DNA of 64,000 nucleotides from the human T2T-CHM13v2.0 reference genome, Homo sapiens: assembly GCF_009914755.1 (NCBI RefSeq), contig NC_060925.1; one strand, written 5' to 3'. Both the position numbers and the translations under genes were made by a program. The notes beneath the pieces were generated by a model. The model was not told the DNA's origin and searched no databases. It worked only from the letters and a program-made list of their open reading frames with translations. Shown here piece by piece: positions 32,347-46,830 of this stretch (the first letter of the stretch is position 1; each line of letters opens with the position of its first letter).

Positions 32347-33411
32347 GAGGCCAAGAGGGGGCTGAGGGTGGCTCAGCACAGGCCTGCAGGTACCTCTCAG
32401 CATGAACAGCCTGGGTGCCATGAACAGTGGTAGGAGTCAACAGCCTTGGTGCCATGAACAGTGGTAGGAGTCAAGAGCCTGGGTGCCATGAACAGTGGCA
32501 GGAGCCTGGACAGAAAGGAGAAGGTCTCCAGTGAAACTCCACCTTCAAGCCAGGGATGGCCTGAAGCTTGGGGGCTGGGCTGCCAGTTCTGTGGACTGGA
32601 GTGAGCACTTATCATGTTTTTTCTGGCCCTGCCCATGGCCGCCTATGGACCAATCAGCACACATTTCCTCCCCTCTGAAGCCCATACAAACCCTGAACTC
32701 AGCCAGACTCAGGCAGATATTGGGATGACCTGCCTGTGGAAAGAAGCTAACCACTTTGGGTCACTTGAGAGCTTCTCCATCGCTCAGTGAATCTCCTCTC
32801 TTCCTTGCACACCCTCCAGTTGTCTGCATTCCTCATTGTTCTTAGATGCAGGACAAGAACTTGAGAGCTGCTGAATGGTGGGACTGAAAGAGCTGTAACA
32901 CAAACGGGGCTGAAACATGCCCCCACTTGCCATGTTTCAGGCAATAAGAAGGAAAGAACTGTGGCCCTTTGGGGATCCCAAACCTAGGGGCTCCCTGAAC
33001 CAGGGCTGTGACACCCTCTTTGGGGTTCTATGGTTCCTGGCATCTCCAAGCTTCTAGGTACCAAAGCATTCCCCGGTGCCTGCAGTGGAAGGCACTTGCA
33101 GTACACTTGATCCAGCCACAGCCTTGGATGGAGCTAGCACCTGTGCTGGAGCCTGCAGCTGCTCACCCCTCTGCAGCCAGCACACCTGGCTGTGCACAGT
33201 GTCTGGACCCCATGCTTGCTCACCCACCCCTCACTTCTCTGCACCTGGCCCACCCTGGCAGGCATGGGATCCAGGCCAGTAGTGCTCCCAGGGGAAGCCT
33301 GCCAGGCCAAGTGGGCAGAATGAGACCAGTGGGCTCAAGCAAAACTTGGGTAAAGGTGCCACCTTTCACAGATTTCTGGCTGGAAAAGTTACACACTACA
33401 GATCCTATGAC
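32342..33411 (+). mobile_element. MER52-like ERV1 LTR, 5' part missing
   Basis: cccatggccgcctatggaccaatcagcacacatttcctcccctctgaagcccata; gagctgtaacacaaacggggctgaaaca; ends gatcctatgaca. Confidence 0.78.
32405..32506 (+). repeat. Minisatellite, 3 x 34 bp
   Basis: Unit aacagcctgggtgccatgaacagtggtaggagtc, three near-identical copies. Confidence 0.92.
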
Positions 33412-34663
33412 ACTACCAGTTGGTATGCTCAGCCATGGGTGGGGTGGCTGTTCTGTGGTCCTGAGCCAGGGGCTCTGTTTGGTGAAGAGTGTGGGGTAGG
33501 GCCTGGGAAGAGAGACTTGGCTCCCCTCCATCTGGTGGCTGCAGTGTGCTGGAGTTGCCAGCACAGCCACCAGGCCCTTTGTTCCTTCCCCAGCCCGAGG
33601 GCAGTTAGGGCAGTACCACTTCAGCTAAAGTGATGGAGGGACTGTGGATTGTCTCTGGGATTTCCTCCAGAGAGAAAAGCAGAGCTGCCACCCACTGAAG
33701 TTTTCAGACAGAGGCAGCGTAGTTGTGCTGGAGTCTAGGTCAGAAGGCCCCACTAAGTGAGGAGAAGCAGGGAAGGGAACTATGTGGAAAACAGTCTGGC
33801 CACTTTTCCGTGAGGTGGCTTCACTGTGCTGGAGTTCCGTGGCAGTCCCTAATCACCATGCACCATCCAGAGCCTGAGGGCAACAGGGTGAGGGCTGTGG
33901 GGCAGCAAAGCTCGTGGCCAGCCTCTATCTCTGGAAGCTCCATCCCAGGGAAGTACAGAGATGCTACTGGTCTGAGAGCCTAGGCAGTTTTGGTGTGGCC
34001 ATGCTAGAGTCCCAGGCCAGTGGGATTTTTCCTGCGAGGTGCATTGGAGGCAAGGCTTGCAGTCTGTCCCTGCTCAGATCCATAGTTCTTGTCCCCTTCC
34101 TGGGAGCATGCAAGGGAGCCTGACCTCCCTGTTGCCAGACCTGCAGCTGTGAATGCCAGGATGCCCAGGGATTCAAGGCTCCCAGAACTCTGGGTGTACA
34201 TGAGCGGAAGCCAGACTCCACAAAGCTCTCCATGTTAGTCTGGAGGCCTCAGTTGTTGGGGGTAATAGCAGATCTCCTGAGCCCAGAGTTGCAAAGGTCC
34301 ATGGCAGAAGTGTGGGCCCCTGGGGATTCTCACTCACTCACCATTTCCCTGCAGTGTGAGGTCTCTCCTGGCTCCATGCCATGCCTGGGTGGGTGGTCAT
34401 CCTGTCTCACTCCTCTCCATTCTCCATGGGTCGAGCTGTTTCCTTGATGAATCCCAATGTGTCCACCTGGATGTTGCAGTTGAAGAGCTAGTATTTACTT
34501 GACACTTTTTCTTCTGTGAAAGCAGCACACACTAGCTGCTTCTAGTCAACCATCTTAGTGCCTTCCCTATCACTGGCTTCTTAAGGCAAATGCAACTTTA
34601 ATTTATTAAAAGCTCCTCGAATGTTATCAGCTGGAAGGGATTCCACTGCAGGCAAATGATGCA

Positions 34664-34852
34664 TTTTTATTTTTATTGACACATAATATGTCTTCATATT
34701 TATGGAGTACATGTGATATTTTGTTACATGCTTAGAAAGTATAATGATACAGTCAGTGTATTTAGGGTATCCACCACCTCCAGCATATATCATCCAGGAT
34801 ATGGAAACATGTCCTATCTTCCAGCTATTTTGAAACATACAATACATTGTAT
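34664..34852 (-). mobile_element. L1MA-type 3' terminal fragment nested in Ricksha
   Basis: ttattgacacataat...catatttatggagtacatgtgatattttgttacatgc...tagggtatcc. Confidence 0.8.
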
Positions 34853-35599
34853 AAATAAAGGTTTTGATCTTTTGGGATTTCAACATTCAGGATTGTCAAT
34901 AGAGATTGTGTGTTTGGGGATCATGATCCAAATCTGTGAAGTAAGATAGTTATAATAAGCTATAGGCTAACTTTGTGGAATATAGTGAGCATTCAATATC
35001 AGTAGCTGTTACTAGTGGCCATGGTTGTTATTTTCATGTGTTTGCTGGAGGGAATACTTGAAATTCTTCCCAGCTAAGTAAATTAGAAGACCAGTCTTTA
35101 TCAGTAACTTATTTTGCTGGCCCACAAAATGCTAAAGATCTCAGATAGGAAAAATGTCACTTTTTCTCATTTGTTAGAGAAGGTAATTCTGGATTGCATT
35201 TAATGAGCTTTACATCTGTGGACTTGAGGCTGAGTCATTCATCAAAGTCTGCTATAAGTCTTCTCTACCTGCTCTAACAGTGGCAGTGTCTCTGCTCCTG
35301 GTGACCCTCATATTGTGCTATCACTCACAGGTGTTAAACCTGCTTTATCCATGACATGGCTTTTATATACAGAACCTCCAAGCAAGCTCCAAAGTGCTTT
35401 ATCAAAATTGGGCACTCTGAAAATGAAAAGCCCAGTGTGTGTGCTGAAAGTTATCATAATACACAATCTCAATAATTGGTTCCACAGAGCAAAGGACAGG
35501 CATTTGGGCTATGCTGCTTAGAAAGCTCTGTGTGGACAAAATCTCTTTTCTAAGACAGAGATTCTTTGCAGAGAGTAAGGATGATGTAATGAGATAAGC

Positions 35600-35790
35600 A
35601 TTGAACCTGGCATCAGGAGAACTGGCATCCCAGATCAGTTTACATATGAATTTATTCCAATGGTTTACATCTCTGTGTCTCAGTTTCCTCACTGGGAAAT
35701 TGGAGATAATTATACCTACTCCAGAAGGCTCTGTGAGGTAATATATGTGACAGAACTTTCCACTGTGCATATTAAATAGTGTGTATATGA
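35600..35790 (+). mobile_element. MIR SINE relic
   Basis: ctctgtgtctcagtttcctcactgggaaattggagataattatacctactcc core. Confidence 0.75.
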
Positions 35791-37479
35791 ATCATGTTTG
35801 CACAGGAAACATTTAAATGTCAATTCCTGGGCCCTCCACCAGAGATGTGGACTTAGATCTGGGGTGAGACCGACAAATTTAAATATTGATCATGCATTCT
35901 GCAGGTTATCTGCAAATATTGATCATGCAGGTTATCTGCTGACCATACTTTCAGAAACTTTGGAATTTTTGTATATTGTGTACATATGAGTTACTTAGTA
36001 CTACTAATGGCTATAAAAGAAGCAAATGTAGTAAGTTATTTTCTCTGTTTGAAAATATTAAACAGAAGACTCCCCGAGAGAAATATGTGGATTCAGAATA
36101 TTCCTGTCTTCCCCACTATTTTCAGCATAAGTATTCTTATCAAGAGTGAAGCAAGTGATGAAAACATTAGTTTACCCATAAATAAAGACAGATTATAAGG
36201 CCTTATTGTATCATGTGGCTAAACAAACTTAAGGCTTGAATATAAATAGAAAGACTGAGATAGAGAACAGAGGGTGACATAAACTAAATGTATCTTTGTT
36301 TTGGCTTGAGTAAGATAGGCAATACCACTAACCTGTGGCTTCTCCTTAGCCACACAGCTATGGCCTCAAAATTAACTAGCAGTGTCTTTTTAATCAATAC
36401 CAAAGTCCTGGGACAAAGTAATAAATGGGGAAAAATCAATACCTGAAGGAATATCACAGTATTTCTGTCCTATCAAAACCAGGCTCTGAGCCACTATTGT
36501 CTGTGCAATTTATACTCTAGAAACAGGTGTTACGATTAGTTTCCAGACACCACTATTACAAGCACAGATGACCTCTACCATCCCTATTACCAGGAAAGCT
36601 ATTTACAGAGGCAGAGTCAGAGTTTCCTTCTGGGTTATTATTTGAAAGGTGCATAATGGACTCCCTTCTCTGGCCAAAAATGTATTTCTTCTGCTGACCT
36701 GTCCCAGCTGATTTCATATAACCTCTCTTAAAAGAGCTTTCAGGAATCAACTAAGTACTTTTGATGAGTTAAATTAAATAGATGTTTTATTATATGGTAG
36801 GAAGAGTCAGAAACACAGGAATATCCTGGATTCCTATCTCTTTTAGGAAGTTAAGTAGTCATTAGCGGTCTTAAATTACATTTTGTAAGTTTTGTTTCAG
36901 ACAATGTAAACTAGTTTATTTTTAAAGAACTCTCCTGCTTAGAATGACTGGAAAATTGCAGACAAAATAATAAAGTAAGGTCTGTGTGTAAGCATTGTTT
37001 GTAAGCTATCAAGGAAATAAGGTTCATCAGACCAAGATCCGAAAAATGAAAGAAACACAGAAATGTGAACCTGATACTTGGGACAACCCATTCCCTTAAA
37101 GCATTTGCTGATTTGAAAGTGGAAGTCGAGAGGCTAAGAAAGTGAAACAAGAACTTTTGGTAGGTTCAGAGGCTAGGGGAATAAAAATTGGAGATCAAAG
37201 ACCATCAAGAGTGAAGGGTCCCAAACTGGGATGTCAAAAGTTTACACCCTAGGAATAAGAGTCAACCTGAAATATACCAACCCTTTCAAGATTAAAATTT
37301 TCTCAATCCCTGTTTTTATGAAGGTAGCATGCTCTTCCCCTAGGTATCTGACAGGAGCAAATTCATGACCCCACTAGTGTAATATATCATTATCCAAAAC
37401 TTCAAATTATCTCTAGAAATGTTTACCTCATCTTTTCAACCAGTGCTACTGGTTTAATTGGATTATCTGCACAGAAAAA

Positions 37480-38580
37480 CAATGGCTTCATTTTTACTTT
37501 GTACTGTACACAGAAAATTCCAGTTATTTAATAAAACTAAAAGTGAAAGGCAAAACAGTAAAGCTTATAGACCATTACAAGAGGTAATAACTATCTAGAA
37601 GAACATTTTTAACTACATTAAAATTAAAGCCTCTCTTAAACAAAAGAAATCTTTAAACGTGAGCAAAACAAAACGTGAGCAAAACAACCTATAGACTAAC
37701 ACATGACGTTTGCAAAATATGTTGTATCCAGTAGGATGTGAGGCCAGATTATACAAAGAATTTCTGTAAATCAATAGGAAATTGTCAGACCCCAGTGGAA
37801 AAATGAGCAAAAGGCTTGAACAGGCACTTCAGCTGAGAGGACACCCAAATTGTCATCATTAGGGAAATTGAATGAAATGAAAAATAAAACTGCAGTGAGC
37901 CATCATCACATAGCCACCATAATAGCTAAAAAATTGTAGAAGATTGACCATAGTGTTGATAAACACATAGAGCAATAAGAGCTATCACATACTGCTTGCA
38001 GAAGTAAAACTTAGTATAATCACCCTCGGAAAGCTACATGAAAGTAAGTATAAATGAACATATACATGCTTTATGACTCAGCAATCACCATTCTAGAAAT
38101 GTGTACACATGTGCACCAAAAGACAGTTATAATTTGGAAACATTTACAGAAGCATCATTTACAATTGCTCCAAACTGGGAAATAACCCAAATGTGCATCA
38201 ACAGATAAATAATTGTAATGTATTTAAACAGTTGAGAAAATATAGAGAATAACAAGAAACAAACCTTTGCTACATACAATGGCATGAATTAATCTGGCAA
38301 ATACAATATTGAGTGAAACAATTTAGATTTTTAAAACTCTATTACTTCATCAGTATGAAATTCAAAATAGGTAAAACTATTTTTGGTGTTAAAATTCAAG
38401 GAAATGGTTGCCCTTGAAAAGGCAGTGTTTAATGCTTTGAAAGGGGTATGGTTGGGGGAGGGGGGCTCTGATTTTTTTTATTATTCTATTTTGTGACATA
38501 AGTGTGTATTACATGGGTATGCTCCTTTCTGATTATTCATCACTTGTGACATTGTACTTTACCTATATTAAACCTTAATT
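37480..38580 (+). mobile_element. Old L1 (L1ME-type) 3' region
   Basis: aaaatgagcaaaaggcttgaacaggcacttc, tatgactcagcaatcacc, ccaaactgggaaataacccaaatgtgcatcaacag motifs. Confidence 0.75.
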
Positions 38581-42670
<4,090 letters not shown>

Positions 42671-43422
42671 ACCTCAATGTTTAAAGTTAACATTAAATCC
42701 TTGGTGCAAGGATCCTTGGTGCCAGCTGATTTTTCAAGTATCTTTTTTTTTACTTTAGATTGTGAGCTTCCGAAGGACCTTGGCTATTGCCATTTCCAAG
42801 ATTATGGCCATGACCTGCAATTGAATTAGAATCTTTCAGAATGGGACCCGGGAATTTCTTTGTTTGTGTTTTGTTTTACTGTATTTTTTTACATATGCTA
42901 AGTGCTTTTTGGCAGCCAAGATTAAGGACAACAGCACTAAGGCCTCTAAGTGTTTCTTGGTTGCACTTATATACGCAAAACTATTTTTCCCCTTTTGTAC
43001 CCAATAGTTACATTTATTAGTATGCAAATGTGTATAAGGTAAAACAAACATTTTATTATCTTTCCATAATTATTTCTATAAGCCCAATTTTTGCAATAAA
43101 AGATATTTGATCTTCGGATGAAACTGAATTATTTGTATTTAAAAGACTTTTTCTTCATGAATGATTTATATAAAACTTAAGTTTCTGTTATATTTAGTGT
43201 ATTGAGTTTTATCTCAATATAGAATTCACTGGGATTCATCAAGCATTACTTAAAATAGTAAAGCTCAGAATACAAAAATTATGGGAACTTTGCAACTATT
43301 ATTGCCTCCTTGTTATTATATCTGAATGGGAAAAAAAAGAATTAAACCTGATTTATATAGGCCTTTAGAGGCAGACATTGAGCTAGATGATATCCTTCCA
43401 GATAATTTAACATATTATTATA

Positions 43423-45320
43423 ACGGTAGGTAGAATTCTAAGATGTCTCCCCAAGATTTTCCTTGCCTCTGAAGTGCATGCCCTGTATAATCCTAGGGAT
43501 CATGAAGACAATAGATTTTACTCCTGTGATTAGGTTGTGTTACAGTTGACTTTAAGAAAGGGAGATCATCCAGGTGGGCTTGACATGATCACATGAACCC
43601 TTTAGAGTTCTGTCCAACTGGTAGCAGAAGAAGTTGTAAGAAAGATGCATTCTGGCTGGCAGTACAAAAGCAAGCATCATCTTGTAAATTGCCAATAGAG
43701 AGGGGTAACCATGAGGAGTTGAGGCCCCCAGCTGATAGCCACCAAGGAGAGAAGGATCTCAGACCTACTATCACTAGAAACTGACTTCTTCCAACATACA
43801 GTGAGTTTGGAAGGGGACTCCAAACCTCAAATGAGAACTGCAGCCCCAGAAGACATCTTGATGTCAGCTTTTGGCTACTTTGAGCGAAGAATCCAGTTGT
43901 ACCATGTCCATACTTATGACCTAAATAACTGTGAATTGACAAATGGGTGTTGTCTTAAGCTGTTAAATTAAGGCAATTTATTACATTGCAATAGAAAACT
44001 AATACAGATTTTGGTACCCAAAAGCCAGGTGCTACTGTAACAAATACCTGAAAATATGGAAGGGCTTTGGAACTAAGCAGTGAGAAGAAGCTGGACATTT
44101 GAGAACAGTGTTGAGAAGCATGCCAGAGAAAGCCTCAATTGCCTTGAACACACTGCTAGTAGAAATATGAATGTTGAAAATGCTACTGATGAGGGTTCAC
44201 GAGGAGAAGAGTATATTATTGAATATGGGAGCAAGCAGGTTGGATCCTTGTTCTATAGTGGTGGAAACTGTGTCCTACAGTTATGTATAAAGCTGAATTT
44301 ATATGTGATGAACTTGGGTACAGAGCTAAGAAGATCTACAAGCAAGTGATTGAAGATTCTGCCTGATTTGTGGCTTATAGTAAAATGAGAGAAGAAAGAT
44401 GAGAGATTGAGGGAAGAACTATTAAACTAAGAAATTCACTGTCTGGAAGCATATTCTAGAGAAAAGACTGACCCTTTTGCTGAAACTTCAAAAAGCCTTT
44501 TGCTGAAACTTCTAAAGATCAAAAGGTCAGAGTCACAAGATATTAAGGGCTTGCCCTACAGAGCATCTCAATCAAACCAGAAAGCCTCGAGGAAGCTCGA
44601 GAGTATTATTCCTAAACCACCTCAACAGAAGGCCAGAACAGAAAAGCCATTATTTCAAAAATCTGTGGATGTTGCCTTTATCTAACAGAATAAATGCCCT
44701 ATGAAACCACACAAGGTCCACAAAATTCTTGAGAATATTATGTCAGCAGAAACATTTCCCACTTGGAGGACAAGAAACAGAAAGAGTGTGAAGTAAAAAG
44801 AGGCTTTTGAATGCTCAGAATTTTATAGGAAGGTTGATAAAAATACTCAGCCCCACTGTGGATAAACAGAGATGACTCAGAGGACAGAAACCAAAACTCA
44901 AAGGTATAACCAAGTCCCAGGAGGCAAAATCAAGAGCCTTGGAGGATTGTTCCTAGGCCTAGAAACCTAATCAAGGAAGTCTGGCTGGATTGTCCAGCAG
45001 GATTACAAGACTTCTTACTTTATTTTTATCTTAATATTTGTGTTTATTTTTGGTTCTATTTTGAGCAGGAATGCCTGTAATTGTTATCCTATGCCTGCCC
45101 CATGATGATTGTTTGTTGGGAGTGTTTGGGGCACATAACATGTTTCTTTAGTTTCAAAAGTTCAAAGATGTAGAGGAATTGCGTCCACAACTTTCATTTA
45201 ATGGGTTACTCATTGCCATTTAATTTAAACGATTTAGATGAGGAAATTTGGGACTATGAACTGAGGCTGTAATGAGATGAGATCTTTGGTCACTTTGGGA
45301 AGTGGAAGGGGAAGATATAG
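43423..45320 (+). mobile_element. MLT1E-like LTR (43423-44006) plus MaLR internal region; 3' LTR not found
   Basis: ggtaggtagaattctaagatgtctccccaagatt start; gcaatagaaaactaataca LTR end followed by gattttggtacc internal start. Confidence 0.78.
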
Positions 45321-46179
45321 ACTGGACTAAAAGTGTGCAGCACCTTAAGGATAGAACAAGTGGTATATTCCTTAGGTAATAGGAAATCAGAAATAACTCA
45401 TTAATTTTAAAAAGTGATAAAGTTCAAGAAATGCCTAAAGTAAAAGGCTCTGCCTCTGCAATGTAAGATTTTTTTAAAAAAATTAGTGTGTGAAATGAGG
45501 CATCATTCAGAAAATGAAAAAAATTACTGTAAAATAAGCTTGATCTCAAAGAGATTTAGCTTCTTGTCAGGGATGACCCTACAGATTTAAAGGTTACATA
45601 AAGTAGGATGTAAAGATTTTTCATCATTAATCATTTTAGAATTTGCATTTTGGTTGGAAATACTCATTGAGCTCTTTGATGTTTCAGAAATTATAAGCTT
45701 TCTTCCCTTTATGTCAAGAATGGTTGTGTAAATACTCTCATGTTTGTATTTATTTATTCCTTACAGATTTAAGGCAAGCACCTCATCAGCATTGCATATG
45801 TGATAGTATTTTAAAGTATAAATTATAAAAACCTTAATTTCCCCCAATTACCTTTATTTTAACTGTAAAGGATGCCATTTCTCCCAGAGTATTATTGTAC
45901 CATGCATTCAACTATAATGAGCCTACTTTTTTTTTTTGTTTAAGAAATTCCAGAATTGTATGCTTTATGCTCCCAAAAACCTTGTCACAGTTTCTTTAGC
46001 AGATTATGACCTCCTGTGCTGTAACTGATGACAGTATATCCTGGATTTATAATGTGAATAAATCTTCTAGACTCTCTGTTGACTGTGGAGTTTTCTGAAT
46101 TTTAGCAGAAACATTGAACCATAGTCCCACCAATTAATGAGAAATCAGCTGCAATAATAGGGCATTTTCACAGAAATTT

Positions 46180-46280
46180 TGGCATAGGCCTGAGTGATCT
46201 AGAAACCGTGTCATATGAGGAATGACTAGAGAAATTAGGGACATTTAATCAGGTGGAAATGATGCATACTTAGCGTTCAC
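46180..46280 (+). mobile_element. L3/CR1 LINE relic
   Basis: tctagaaaccgtgtcatatgaggaatgactagagaaattagggacatttaatc resembles the CR1/L3 3' ORF2 motif. Confidence 0.5.
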
Positions 46281-46674
46281 TAAAGGGACTGGTAGCAATG
46301 GGAGAACATTAAATACAAATCACTATTTGGAAGTCATACATAAAACCTTGATTTTTTTTCCAGAAAAATAGTTTCTCCTAAATGATCTGTGAACATTTTC
46401 TAGGACAGCTAATTGATAGCCTATCAAGTATTCATTGGGCACCACAAACTTTACTGTTTGTGTAGCAGCATTGGGTGAAATTGATTAAAATTCCTTTCAG
46501 CGCTCTCTAGGATTCTATCTTGCAGGATTTCTGATGTAAAGAAGGCCAACTCAGCTGGTACAAAGAGAAAAAAATACATGACTCAAGGTGACCTATATTA
46601 TTTTTGAAATAGAAACTTTGCCTAACAGAATTCAAAGCAAAAGTAAAAGCATACTATTCCAAAAAGATCCGACA

Positions 46675-46830
46675 GCAACTTTGGAATTCATCTGGTTCAA
46701 ACTCCTAATTTTTCTAATGAGGAAACTGAGACCCAGGGAGTTGAGGTGACCTGCCTACGATCACACTAAGGTCACACTCCTAAAAGATAAACAAGTGAAC
46801 TCCAGATTCCTGGTACTTAGGTTGTAGCTC
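46675..46830 (-). mobile_element. MIR SINE relic
   Basis: atgaggaaactgagacccagggagttgaggtgacctgcc core. Confidence 0.75.

Larger units (their letters stand above)
30315..34569 (-). mobile_element. Older primate L1 (L1PA15/16-like): 3' part 30315-32154 and 5'UTR 33412-34569, middle deleted
   Basis: 15-bp TSD tcactggctt(t/c)ttaa at 30300 and 34570; L1 3'UTR and ORF2 3' half; GC-rich 5'UTR ending ctagtcaaccatctt. Confidence 0.85.
28981..34935 (-). mobile_element. Ricksha-type MuDR/MULE DNA transposon, split by nested insertions
   Basis: Subrepeat-rich TIRs gggagccaatcacaatcccaaatgccataatcctgaa (28981) and ttcaggattgtc...gggatcatgatccaaatc (34935); decayed MULE transposase frames at 30045-30310 and 34575-34665. 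Confidence 0.82.

Noticed and set aside
32405-32506. 34-bp repeats resembling a CRISPR array
   Set aside because: Head-to-tail with no spacers, inside a primate LTR, and no cas genes.
32340-34560. GC-rich block with many overlapping ORFs as a possible gene or CpG island promoter
   Set aside because: Explained by a MER52-like LTR plus an old L1 5'UTR; CpGs are depleted and the ORFs have no recognisable domain.
28965-34950. 9-10 bp MULE target-site duplication around Ricksha
   Set aside because: Flanks (tccttaccat / gtgaagtaag) do not match, so no TSD is claimed.
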